64,000 nucleotides of DNA. Origin: a virus. Its lineage: Duplodnaviria; Heunggongvirae; Uroviricota; Caudoviricetes. Below the pieces are notes generated by a model that was not told where the DNA came from, made no database searches, and was given only the letters and a program-made list of their open reading frames with translations. Both the position numbers and the translations under genes were made by a program. The DNA is taken from IMG/VR virus record IMGVR_UViG_3300006143_000002. One strand, 5' to 3'. This document shows, in pieces, positions 36,079-45,351 of this stretch (position 1 is the first letter of the stretch; every line of letters begins with the position of its first letter).

Positions 36079-36313
36079 ATATATCTGTGAGAGCCTAATC
36101 ACTCTCTAGGGAATTGAAACCCTCCCAACTTGCAAAATTGGTACTTGTCACCCTATTATATTTAATCCAGTGTTTGTGTCCTACAAGATTACTCTTGTTA
36201 TTAAACGATACATAAGATTTTTGAGCTGGTTTTCTTATGCAGTAGAACCATCACTCTACATTTCAAACAGTCAGCTTTGTTCACTAGAGGCTACAACTTT
36301 CTCCGTCATGATT

Positions 36314-36342
36314 ATATTACCACAAGTTTAAATATATGTCAA
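36314..36342 (-). promoter_or_regulatory. promoter TTGACA-N17-TAATAT driving the tRNA array
   Basis: Reverse complement reads GCTTGACATATATTTAAACTTGTGGTAATAT. First tRNA-like gene lies ~230 nt downstream. Confidence 0.55.
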
Positions 36343-36358
36343 GCATTTTTTAAATTTT

Positions 36359-37903
36359 TTATTTAATTTTTTTATAAATTCTACTAAATGCCTCATATTC
36401 ACTTAAACATACTGGCTTAAAATTATTAACATCTACACCAACATTATATGAATTTTTAATCTTTTTTATAATATGGCTATTGCTATGAATATGCCCATAT
36501 AGATGAGTGCTACCATATTCTTTTTGTTTCCATGAAGATATTGGAAAATGAAATAATATGTATTTCTTATTATTGACTGTTATTTCTTTATAATCAACTA
36601 TCTCCTCAAATAAAGACTGGTCAAAATCTTTTCCAATACATATATTATCATGATTTCCTAATATAAGTATCTTTCTACCTCGTAATCTCTTAACAATTTC
36701 ATTAGTTTCTTTACTATTTCTAAATGATAAATCACCTAATATGAACACTAAATCATCATCATGTTTTACTGTACTATTCCATCTTCTTATAAGTTCTTCA
36801 TCATGAATTTTTATATATTCCTTATTAACCTCCATTTTATATTTATCCCAAAGGTCATCTGGTATATTATAAATTTCTTCATTTGTCAAACCTTCATCTT
36901 TTAATTTATTTACTATTGCTTGATGTTGGGTTATTCCACATAACTCCCATCTTTTTGGTTCAAAGTCTAATATATTTTCATGTCCAAAATGTAAGTCAGA
37001 TGTAAAAAATATTTTATCTGAGGTTGGTAACGATAGACCGCTTTTTCTTCTCCATTTATTTCTTTTTGGTGTAAAAATATTTCTTAAATATTTTTCAAAT
37101 ATTTTAACAGAGATTTTACTTAAAAATTCTTTAACCATGTCTTCACTATTTACTTCATTAAAAAACATATTTCTATGTGACTTTAATTGATTTATACTAT
37201 CATTTGCCAAATCTCTTGCTTCTTCTAATGAATATTTGCTTAATTTAGCATTAGTTAAAACTTCAATATTATCTTCCATATAATTATGGGAATTCATAGA
37301 TTTTTTAAAATCAAATGTTTCTATATATTTTTCTGCAAATAAATTTAATCTTAGTATATGATGTAATTGTTTTCCATCATATCCATATTTTTCTATCTTA
37401 TCTCTCAACCCTTCATAAGGATGTTCTAATGCTTCTAATTTATTTAAAGCCATACCATAAGTACAAACTATTAATTTTACTGGATTTGCACTAGAAATCA
37501 TATCAGCATTATCTAATATTTCTAACATATCATTTTTAAATAATGGGTTTAATATTCTAAATTCTGTATGTAATATTTCAAGATATTTTATATTTTGTTT
37601 TCTAAATAATTCTGTTATTAACCTAATATCTTTAACATCTATATGTTCATTATTATCTAATATTATTGTTTCAGATATATATTCATCCTTATTTATTAAG
37701 TTTTCAAAGGTAGGTAATACAATAGCTACTGTATCTATATCAGATTTATACTCATCTGTATATAAATCTAAATTATAATTTTGACTTCCTTGTAAGGCTA
37801 CCATTAAAAACTCATATTGTGGTCTCAATCTTTTTAATTCATTTACATGGTACTTTATACCTTTAAATATATTATTTTTTCTTTGTTTATCTATATCTGC
37901 CAT
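36359..37903 (-). CDS. Pol-beta nucleotidyltransferase (RlaP-like) fused to a calcineurin-like metallophosphoesterase
   Basis: N-terminal ALQGSQNYNLDLYTDEYKSDIDTVAIV nucleotidyltransferase signature. C-terminal metallophosphoesterase motifs SDLHFGHEN, ILGDLSF, GNHDN, GHIH. Lies directly upstream of the tRNA-array promoter. Confidence 0.55.
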   Translation of the reverse strand: MADIDKQRKNNIFKGIKYHVNELKRLRPQYEFLMVALQGSQNYNLDLYTDEYKSDIDTVAIVLPTFENLINKDEYISETIILDNNEHIDVKDIRLITELFRKQNIKYLEILHTEFRILNPLFKNDMLEILDNADMISSANPVKLIVCTYGMALNKLEALEHPYEGLRDKIEKYGYDGKQLHHILRLNLFAEKYIETFDFKKSMNSHNYMEDNIEVLTNAKLSKYSLEEARDLANDSINQLKSHRNMFFNEVNSEDMVKEFLSKISVKIFEKYLRNIFTPKRNKWRRKSGLSLPTSDKIFFTSDLHFGHENILDFEPKRWELCGITQHQAIVNKLKDEGLTNEEIYNIPDDLWDKYKMEVNKEYIKIHDEELIRRWNSTVKHDDDLVFILGDLSFRNSKETNEIVKRLRGRKILILGNHDNICIGKDFDQSLFEEIVDYKEITVNNKKYILFHFPISSWKQKEYGSTHLYGHIHSNSHIIKKIKNSYNVGVDVNNFKPVCLSEYEAFSRIYKKIK

Positions 37904-37905
37904 TT

Positions 37906-38496
37906 TTAATCACCTTCTTGCTTAAATAATGTATCTATTAATTCATAATAATAATCAGATGCATCTTTCATTCTTCTAAAAGAATTCATTATAATTCGTT
38001 GTTCTTCTAATGAAATTAAAGGAATAGTAATATTTGATATATCTGCTACAGTAAGTCTTTTTTGTTTTTTATTCTTAGACAATCTATGTATTTTCTCAAA
38101 CATCTTTGTAGATGTAAGTACTTGATATACATAATCCTCATAAACTATATCTCTATTTACTCTTACAATTATATTTGAACTATCATATACATCGTTTAAA
38201 AAATAAGGTTTTATAAAAGGGTTTGATTTAACAATAAGTGTACAGTATCTATTTGGAAATACTGGAAATACTATGTCTGTTGCTTTCACCATACAATCTT
38301 TACGCTTCTTACTAAAGTTATAAGTTTTAACAGGTGTATCTATTTTTCCACCTATAAATGTTGTAAATAAATCATTATATGAAATCAATCGTGCCTCTGT
38401 TCCAGTATCTGATTCCAATATCTGCTGTCCTTTAAATACATCTGCAATATCACCTAATCTTACATGTGAAATAGTATCAAAGTCTATTTTAATCAC
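37906..38496 (-). CDS. half-size type I R-M specificity-subunit (HsdS)-like protein with a single TRD
   Basis: N-terminal VRLGDIADVFKGQ (TRD start), and C-terminal LISLEEQRIIMNSF resembling the conserved PLPPLEEQ helix of HsdS. 196 aa. Confidence 0.45.
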   Translation of the reverse strand: MIKIDFDTISHVRLGDIADVFKGQQILESDTGTEARLISYNDLFTTFIGGKIDTPVKTYNFSKKRKDCMVKATDIVFPVFPNRYCTLIVKSNPFIKPYFLNDVYDSSNIIVRVNRDIVYEDYVYQVLTSTKMFEKIHRLSKNKKQKRLTVADISNITIPLISLEEQRIIMNSFRRMKDASDYYYELIDTLFKQEGD

Positions 38497-38517
38497 CTTC
38501 CTTCTTGTATAAATTAT

Positions 38518-38808
38518 TTATTTTTCATAAGTTTCAGATTCTTGTATTTCTGGATTTCCTTCCTCATTTTCAATTATTTCAAATCTGTGTATTCTAATCC
38601 AACCATTATCTTGATATGTGGATATTTGTAGTCCTACTCCCTTTTGTATTCCAATTATAATATGTTGTCCATTACTATCTGTACCATCTAACATATCACT
38701 TTCAGTATCAATAATAAAATCAATAAGCTTTTGCTCGTTTCTTTCTCCTGATGTAATATTATTAATTATATCATTTAAGATTTCTTTTATCTTATTCACA
38801 TCTTCCAT
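38518..38808 (-). CDS. hypothetical protein
   Basis: 96-aa acidic ORF. Confidence 0.3.
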   Translation of the reverse strand: MEDVNKIKEILNDIINNITSGERNEQKLIDFIIDTESDMLDGTDSNGQHIIIGIQKGVGLQISTYQDNGWIRIHRFEIIENEEGNPEIQESETYEK

Positions 38809-38820
38809 ATTACTATTCTC

Positions 38821-39498
38821 CTATATATTTATTTTAACATCTTGTGCTTTTAATTTATCTAATGCCTCTTGAAAATAATCCATAGTTAAACCTGTTTCTG
38901 TATCTACATGTATTAAATTATCTCCATACTTATATAAATCAAATATATCATCATCTATAATTAGAAAAGGTATATTTTTAAATGTAAACATTCCACTTCC
39001 TTTAAAATGATAATCTTCTATTTCATCTTCTCTCCAAGATATATAATTTTCTTTTGGTATTCTATTAGTCCTACCACCTATATAGGCTTTAACTTTATTT
39101 ATCTTAAAAACTGTATTCCATTCTGTTGGTGTCAATTCATATCTTCTTGTAGTTGTTAATATAATTGTATATGGTGCAACATCATATAACTTATTTAAAA
39201 ATTCAACTGCTTCCTTTTGAAAACACCATTGTTGCATAAAATTTCTATATTCAAAATCTTTATTTTCATCTTCTTTATGAACTAAAGCATTATGGATTTT
39301 TATTATATAATTACTACCTGCAGTTACACCATCCATATCTAAATATAGTATAAACTTATATTTTTCATCTGTTTCTATTTTATATGGCTCTAATGATTTC
39401 ACTAATTCATCTGGTGTATATCTACTTAATAATTTCTTAAAATCTTTCTGTAATTCTTCATTTGATAAATCCTTAAATTTCATTTTACCAACCTTCAC
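38821..39498 (-). CDS. HAD-superfamily phosphatase
   Basis: Motif I ILYLDMDGVTA (hhhhDxDGV), motif II IILTTT, late DDD. Confidence 0.45.
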   Translation of the reverse strand: MKVGKMKFKDLSNEELQKDFKKLLSRYTPDELVKSLEPYKIETDEKYKFILYLDMDGVTAGSNYIIKIHNALVHKEDENKDFEYRNFMQQWCFQKEAVEFLNKLYDVAPYTIILTTTRRYELTPTEWNTVFKINKVKAYIGGRTNRIPKENYISWREDEIEDYHFKGSGMFTFKNIPFLIIDDDIFDLYKYGDNLIHVDTETGLTMDYFQEALDKLKAQDVKINI

Positions 39499-39853
39499 TA
39501 TCTATTTGTTTCGCTCTGTTTATTGCATTTGCAACTACAAATCTATTACTAATAAATCTTTCTTTAGTCATGACATCTACTACTTGCTCTGGTGTAAATT
39601 CATGTTGATAATCACCACAATATATTATTCTACCTTGAACATTAATATCATCTATTGGATAACCATTTACAAAATCATCTACTTGTAATATTTCACATAT
39701 ATCTTCTGCTTCTACAACTTTAATAACTTTCTCATCTCCTGAAACATCTTCATATATACTTTTATTACAACATAATAGTATTGGTTCTCCACTTGATAAG
39801 TCTACACCATAAAATCCACCTTCACTTGTTCTTGCATAACCTAATTTAACCAT
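39485..39853 (-). CDS. hypothetical protein
   Basis: 122-aa ORF. Confidence 0.3.
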   Translation of the reverse strand: MVKLGYARTSEGGFYGVDLSSGEPILLCCNKSIYEDVSGDEKVIKVVEAEDICEILQVDDFVNGYPIDDINVQGRIIYCGDYQHEFTPEQVVDVMTKERFISNRFVVANAINRAKQIDSEGW

Positions 39854-39868
39854 AATTTTAATCCTTTC

Positions 39869-40258
39869 TTAGATTTCATCTGCATAAAATCTACCAAAAT
39901 TATCTAACCATTCTTCTAATTCTGGTGTCAATATACCATCCTTAGTCATGTGTTTTGCTAAACAAACTAATGTATCATTTACTATCATATCTTTATCAAA
40001 ATCTTCTTCATATTTTGATATAATATTTTCTGCATCTAATAGTTCTCTTTCATAATCATTATTTGCATCTTTTAATTCATCTATTTCTTCTTGTAATTCT
40101 TTAATCTTTTCATCCTTTTCTTCTAATTGTTTTCTTAAATCTTCTATTTCATCTAACTTAGAATACCCTAATATTCCACTATCTTTAATTTCATTATTTT
40201 CCATAAGGAATACTCCTTTCACCAAATTTCCAATCAAATATAACTTTACCATTTTCAA
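39869..40258 (-). CDS. coiled-coil protein
   Basis: E/K-rich heptad region. Confidence 0.3.
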   Translation of the reverse strand: MKMVKLYLIGNLVKGVFLMENNEIKDSGILGYSKLDEIEDLRKQLEEKDEKIKELQEEIDELKDANNDYERELLDAENIISKYEEDFDKDMIVNDTLVCLAKHMTKDGILTPELEEWLDNFGRFYADEI

Positions 40259-40559
40259 CCATTACTACAACACCAATAATATTAAGTCTTATTGCATTTT
40301 CAGAAGCTAAAAATAATGTTATTATACTTTGTACTATATCTAAGCTTCCCATAGCAAATGATTCTAGTATTTCTTCTAATAATTCATCTGGTGTTATAGG
40401 TTTACTTCCTATTGGAATTTCTTCAACTACTTCTTTTTTCATATTATTTTTATTAGCATTAACAATCTTTCTTGCTTTAGTTATATCTATAATATTATTC
40501 TTCTGTTGATTTCTTTTTTCTACCTCTTTTTGATTTTGGTTTTGATTCTGTTTTTCCAC
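40194..40559 (-). CDS. hypothetical protein (start uncertain, overlaps the downstream ORF)
   Basis: 121-aa ORF. Confidence 0.25.
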   Translation of the reverse strand: MEKQNQNQNQKEVEKRNQQKNNIIDITKARKIVNANKNNMKKEVVEEIPIGSKPITPDELLEEILESFAMGSLDIVQSIITLFLASENAIRLNIIGVVVMVENGKVIFDWKFGERSIPYGK

Positions 40560-40935
40560 CTATAAAATCCTCCCCATTATGAGCTTCTAAAAATTTATAA
40601 AAATCAATTAAAAATTCTGCAAAATCTTTCTTTGAATTTAAAGTATCTTCATCTTCCTCATCTTCATAATCTTCGTCTTCATAATCTTCGCTCTCATCTT
40701 CACATTCTAAACAATTATCAGATTCTTTTACTAAAAACGAAGATTCTATTCTAATACTATCTTCAGTTACAATCTTTTCAAATACTAACTTATTTACACC
40801 AAATAAATTTGCCTCTTCTGAAAATAAATATGACGTAACAGCCTCAACTAACATTTTCTGCATACCCTTATGTACATCTGTGTACTCTACTTCATTGCTA
40901 CAATTTCCTTTACAATTACTACATTCTTTGTTCAT
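40495..40935 (-). CDS. acidic Cys-containing protein
   Basis: CSNCKGNC, then an E/D-rich tail. Confidence 0.3.
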   Translation of the reverse strand: MNKECSNCKGNCSNEVEYTDVHKGMQKMLVEAVTSYLFSEEANLFGVNKLVFEKIVTEDSIRIESSFLVKESDNCLECEDESEDYEDEDYEDEEDEDTLNSKKDFAEFLIDFYKFLEAHNGEDFIGGKTESKPKSKRGRKKKSTEE

Positions 40936-41101
40936 TTTAAATCTCTCCTTTAATTTTATTTTTCTTTTAAATCATAAAATGTTTCTTTTATTATAATTCC
41001 TTCATTCTCTGCTTTTGAAACACTCCATCCTTCTTTTAATAAATCTTTTGCACTTACTAGTCCATTTTTATCTGCATATTTTCTAAATATTCCTTCTGCT
41101 G

Positions 41102-41809
41102 TCATTTATTAACCATCTTCCTTTCTTTTGTAAACTCTCCTTGTCTTAACATCTTTTGCAAGTCATGTACCTCACTTAGTTCTCTATCTACACAATTTCT
41201 AATATTACATATTTTATCTTCAAGCATTACATAAAGATTTTCAATTTCCATAGTCCAGTTAGAAAATAAAATATCATTATTCATTAATAAAATAACTTTA
41301 TAGTCTTTATAATATATATCTTTTTTAAATCCTTTAAGTACCTTTTCAAGCTGAACCATAGATACAGGATGTAATAAACCATCAATATTTGAAATTACAA
41401 AATGTCTTATTCCACTTAAACTAAATACATATAGATTATAATATAACCAGAATAATGATGTAACACCACTACCATGCTCTTCTTTTATAAAACATTTAAA
41501 CCAATCATTAACTGTGTATTCACTTCTAAACATTTTAAAATTTTTATCTATTATTTTAATACAAAATTCTTCAAATTCTTTAGAAAATGCATCTGTATTA
41601 GTTATCCTTTCACTAACACCCATTTCAGTTAAATCAAATACATGTCCACACTCTATATACCCTATTTTATTATCTGAATATGGTGTAATTATTTCGCAAG
41701 TATGTTCTTTTTCTGTTAAACTAAACTCAACACTTTTTTGTACTACTTTTAATGATGTATTCCATTCATCCTTATCAAACAATTTTGATAATTCCTTAGT
41801 TAAAAACAT
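41102..41809 (-). CDS. hypothetical protein
   Basis: 235-aa ORF. Confidence 0.35.
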   Translation of the reverse strand: MFLTKELSKLFDKDEWNTSLKVVQKSVEFSLTEKEHTCEIITPYSDNKIGYIECGHVFDLTEMGVSERITNTDAFSKEFEEFCIKIIDKNFKMFRSEYTVNDWFKCFIKEEHGSGVTSLFWLYYNLYVFSLSGIRHFVISNIDGLLHPVSMVQLEKVLKGFKKDIYYKDYKVILLMNNDILFSNWTMEIENLYVMLEDKICNIRNCVDRELSEVHDLQKMLRQGEFTKERKMVNK

Positions 41810-41813
41810 CTAA

Positions 41814-42386
41814 TCACCTCCTACCTCTATTATTTCTTCTTAATAATTCTGCTCTAGATATTAACATAAGATTTTCAATTACTAAGTTATCTGGATTTCC
41901 ATCTTTAGTTACAACTACATAACCTTTAGGCAAATCCTTTTGATTATGCAATTCCCATAAATACTTTTTATATAAATTATTAGGTTTTCTATTTCCTCTC
42001 CAATCTATATTTATATAATAATTCCATTCAACTTTTCCTTTATTTTTTCCTTTTCTATGAGTGCTTTTCCTTTTTACTACTGTTCCTTTTCTTAATGTAT
42101 TATAAGGTAAAAACACTCCTTCTTCACTAGACAAAGGAGATGCTGCTGTATTTTGATATTGTATATATGTCTTACTACATTTTTCTTGACTTTCCTTTGA
42201 CATCCATTCTTTTTGAGGTTTTCCTTTATTAAATGAAGGTTGTCCTTTTATAAATTGATTATCTTTAAATCCTTGGGATATATGTTCTCTAGCCCATTGA
42301 CAATAACACCAATAGCTACAAGTTTTTCTTTCTTTATATTCTGGTTTAGGTTCAAACTCTTTTCCACAAACTATACATTTATTCAT
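41814..42386 (-). CDS. HNH homing endonuclease (HNH_3 type)
   Basis: N-terminal Zn ribbon CIVCGK...C, C-terminal H-N-H region HNQKDLPKGYVVVTKDGNPDNLVIENLMLI. Confidence 0.55.
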   Translation of the reverse strand: MNKCIVCGKEFEPKPEYKERKTCSYWCYCQWAREHISQGFKDNQFIKGQPSFNKGKPQKEWMSKESQEKCSKTYIQYQNTAASPLSSEEGVFLPYNTLRKGTVVKRKSTHRKGKNKGKVEWNYYINIDWRGNRKPNNLYKKYLWELHNQKDLPKGYVVVTKDGNPDNLVIENLMLISRAELLRRNNRGRR

Positions 42387-42447
42387 AAAAACCTCCTTAC
42401 AAGAATTGATTTCTAGGGAATTTTATAGAATAACCAATATATCTTCA

Positions 42448-42687
42448 TTACCTGTTTTCTTTTATTACATCCTTAAAAGTGCTTATAAATATGTATGGTA
42501 TATATAAAATCCAAATTGCAGAAGCAAGAAAAGTACATATAAATATTGTTTTCTTATCTCCTATCAATTCTCTATCTTCATTATTATCTATATCTAATTC
42601 ACTTACTAACATAAATTGTAAAATTTTATATACAATAATTCCAACTACTATATAAAATAATATTCCAGTTATTGTTTCTAATCTCAA
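42448..42687 (-). CDS. small membrane protein
   Basis: Two TM helices. Confidence 0.3.
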   Translation of the reverse strand: MRLETITGILFYIVVGIIVYKILQFMLVSELDIDNNEDRELIGDKKTIFICTFLASAIWILYIPYIFISTFKDVIKENR

Positions 42688-42690
42688 TGT

Positions 42691-42984
42691 CTACACCTCT
42701 TTTCTGCCATATAATCCTTCTAGTTCATTTACTGCTTTTGTATATCTTCTTTTTGCCTGTGTTACTTCTTTTTTATCAACTTTATTCTGTATAAATAAAT
42801 CTTCTAATATAGATACTTCTGCTTCTAAATCTGCAACTTTAGTTATTCCTTCTAATATCATCTCTTCTGTAACTTGTTTATCTATTGCAGTATCTATAGC
42901 TTCTTTATATACATCATCTATCCTACTTTGATTTATAAAATTAATATACTCTTCTGTACTATTAAATGTTCTTATTACTTCCAT
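42691..42984 (-). CDS. hypothetical protein
   Basis: 97-aa ORF. Confidence 0.3.
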   Translation of the reverse strand: MEVIRTFNSTEEYINFINQSRIDDVYKEAIDTAIDKQVTEEMILEGITKVADLEAEVSILEDLFIQNKVDKKEVTQAKRRYTKAVNELEGLYGRKEV

Positions 42985-43138
42985 TTAGGTTCTCCTTTAA
43001 ATTTCATTTAGTATCTTCTTTATACCACCCAAAATTTTCATCAATATGAGTTAGTTTACCTACACCCTTATTTAGAAATTCTTTATCTATTCTATCTGCT
43101 TCTTGTAATGATTTATCTTTATATGTCATAAATACCTC

Positions 43139-43540
43139 CTATACTAATTCTGCAATATCACACTCTAGTACTTCTGCAAGTTTCTTTATTGTTTTTAAAG
43201 TTGGGTTATCTCTATCTCCACTTCTTAACATATCTAAATATCTAACAGTCATTCCTGCTTTAACAGCAATTTGTTTACTAGACATATATTCTCTTTGTGA
43301 TATTATCCTATTTAATTTATCTGCAAAACTTTCTTCCTTATTTGATTTTCTAATTACTTTGTCTGTATTTGAATATAATTTAGGAAGTAACCTAGTTATA
43401 ACAACATCTTTGGTTAAATCTTTTTCTTCATCATCTAATAATGATATTGTTTTTATACTTCTGCCTCCATCTGGTCTATTAAACTCAACTACTGGTTCTC
43501 TCAAAAACATTTTAATTGTATTTACCTCTAACTTTTTCAT
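43139..43540 (-). CDS. XRE-family HTH transcriptional regulator
   Basis: C-terminal HTH SSKQIAVKAGMTVRYLDMLRSG...LKTIKKLAEVLECDIAEL. Confidence 0.5.
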   Translation of the reverse strand: MKKLEVNTIKMFLREPVVEFNRPDGGRSIKTISLLDDEEKDLTKDVVITRLLPKLYSNTDKVIRKSNKEESFADKLNRIISQREYMSSKQIAVKAGMTVRYLDMLRSGDRDNPTLKTIKKLAEVLECDIAELV

Positions 43541-43652
43541 AATTATTCTACCTCCCTTAACTTATCTAACATTCTAGTATTCTCTAATACTATTTCATTT
43601 ATTATATAATTATCTATTTCACTATATTCTGTTAAAACATCCTTATACTCTT

Positions 43653-43681
43653 ATTGTACTATAAGTTTTAAAATATGTCAA
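43653..43681 (-). promoter_or_regulatory. promoter TTGACA-N17-TACAAT (extended family)
   Basis: Reverse complement reads CTTGACATATTTTAAAACTTATAGTACAAT, upstream of the XRE regulator gene. Confidence 0.55.
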
Positions 43682-43698
43682 GCATTTTTTAATAAATC

Positions 43699-44169
43699 TT
43701 ATGAATTATCACTAGATTTTGTTTCAACTACAATATCCTTATTTAATATTAGAATACAATCACAGTCCCAACCATATAATGCAAAATATAAATTATCATT
43801 AATTATAAGTTCTATTGCATCATAATCATCTTTAAGTTTCTCAAAATCAAGAAAATAATCATCTTCTGCTGCAAATTTAGGTTTATCTGCTTGTTGTGGT
43901 AAATCTTTTAATTGAGATACATCTGTAATAGTTAATACTTTAGCGTCGTCTTTCAATGTAAATTTAAACCATCTATTATCTGTATATTTATCAAAATGGA
44001 AGTCATTATCATCTACCCATTCTTTCCAGCCATATCTACAATTAATATTACTAGCCCATAAACCTCCTAATGGTTTATTCCAACCATATTTATTTTCTAC
44101 TTCTTTAAAACTATTCTGTCCGTCAAAATGTCTATGCCCATAGTGTATATAGGTATTCATAATAATCAC
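43699..44169 (-). CDS. hypothetical protein
   Basis: 156-aa ORF. Confidence 0.35.
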   Translation of the reverse strand: MIIMNTYIHYGHRHFDGQNSFKEVENKYGWNKPLGGLWASNINCRYGWKEWVDDNDFHFDKYTDNRWFKFTLKDDAKVLTITDVSQLKDLPQQADKPKFAAEDDYFLDFEKLKDDYDAIELIINDNLYFALYGWDCDCILILNKDIVVETKSSDNS

Positions 44170-44366
44170 TTCCTTTCTTTATAAATCTTTATATATTCTA
44201 TTTAAAGTATTCTTTATTTATTTAACATTATTATAGTTTAATACCAATATTTGCTTGTAGTTCTTTCCAAATAACCTAATCAAATCTTCATCTGTATATT
44301 TAAGTAAGCTTATTATTCTTATTTGTGTTAATAAATCTTGTTTATTATTTCTCATATCTATCGTCT

Positions 44367-44810
44367 CTAATCTTTACTCCAATACCCATAAACACATCTT
44401 GTTCCTTCTCTAGTGCAATCGTATGTATCGTATAATACACCATCTTTTACACAAGTTAAATGTTTACTAGCTTTAATTATTAAAATTCCTTTTGGTAATT
44501 CATTCTCATTTAGATGTACTTTACATCCACTTCCTATTGTCATTAAAGGATGCCATTTCCATTTTAATCTTTCTTCTATATATTTTCTTGATAACGGTTT
44601 TGGTACACCATTTCTAACACTACTACTTTCTTTAAATTTATGCTTTCTTCTTTTACTATGTTCCATGTGATATTTAATAAATTTATCTAAATCTTCATAC
44701 ACCTCTTTGTAATCTTTTCCTGTTGCATTGCATATTGCTCTACATACACAATCTCCAGCACTACCTTTAAAATATTTACTTCTACCACCATCACTATATA
44801 CTACTTTCAC
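44367..44810 (-). CDS. hypothetical protein
   Basis: 147-aa ORF, Cys-rich. Confidence 0.35.
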   Translation of the reverse strand: MKVVYSDGGRSKYFKGSAGDCVCRAICNATGKDYKEVYEDLDKFIKYHMEHSKRRKHKFKESSSVRNGVPKPLSRKYIEERLKWKWHPLMTIGSGCKVHLNENELPKGILIIKASKHLTCVKDGVLYDTYDCTREGTRCVYGYWSKD

Positions 44811-45136
44811 TATATCTCAGCTCCTAATCTATATAATCTTTCATCTATTTCTGTTGTAACATATTGCATCATATTTGAATATACATTATAAATTTTTCCC
44901 AATGTTTTATCTATATTAGCTAATTCTCTTGATGCTGTCATTAAATCTGATACAGCATATACAAAACTATTTCTTAAATCCGATAAAGTTTTTATATTAT
45001 TTATTTTAGATAATTTTAGTATTTCATCTACTGCCTTTGTATATTTTACATCCTCTTTTACTATAAATTCGTCATTGTCCTTAAAAGCCTCATATAAGTT
45101 TGTCAATGTTTGGTCTTCTAATTTTAATAAATCCAT
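44810..45136 (-). CDS. hypothetical protein
   Basis: 108-aa ORF with a consensus promoter upstream. Confidence 0.3.
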   Translation of the reverse strand: MDLLKLEDQTLTNLYEAFKDNDEFIVKEDVKYTKAVDEILKLSKINNIKTLSDLRNSFVYAVSDLMTASRELANIDKTLGKIYNVYSNMMQYVTTEIDERLYRLGAEI

Positions 45137-45236
45137 TTTGATTTACCACCTTTCTTAAATAATTCTTTTATATTGTATGATAATAATTTTAAAAATTGTC
45201 AACATTTAAAATTATTATTTCCTTTTACATCTGTTA

Positions 45237-45265
45237 TTATACTATAAGTTTTAAAATATGTCAAG
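45237..45265 (-). promoter_or_regulatory. consensus promoter (extended family). A weaker TTGACA lies at 45198..45203
   Basis: Reverse complement reads CCTTGACATATTTTAAAACTTATAGTATAAT. Confidence 0.6.
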
Positions 45266-45305
45266 GGTTTTTTCAAAATTTATTAAATTTGTTTAAACCT
45301 AGAGA

Positions 45306-45336
45306 CCAAAAAGATAGCATAAATCTATATGCTATC
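45306..45336 (-). terminator. rho-independent terminator
   Basis: GATAGCATATAGATTTATGCTATC plus TTTTTGG after the 651-aa gene. Confidence 0.5.
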
Positions 45337-45351
45337 AATTTATTATTTATA

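Noticed and set aside
36090-36170. A possible additional tRNA around GGGAATTGAAACCC
   Set aside because: It has an anticodon-like stem-loop (CCAAT-TTTGCAA-GTTGG) but no matching acceptor 3' strand and an 8-nt T-loop. The cloverleaf is too incomplete to call
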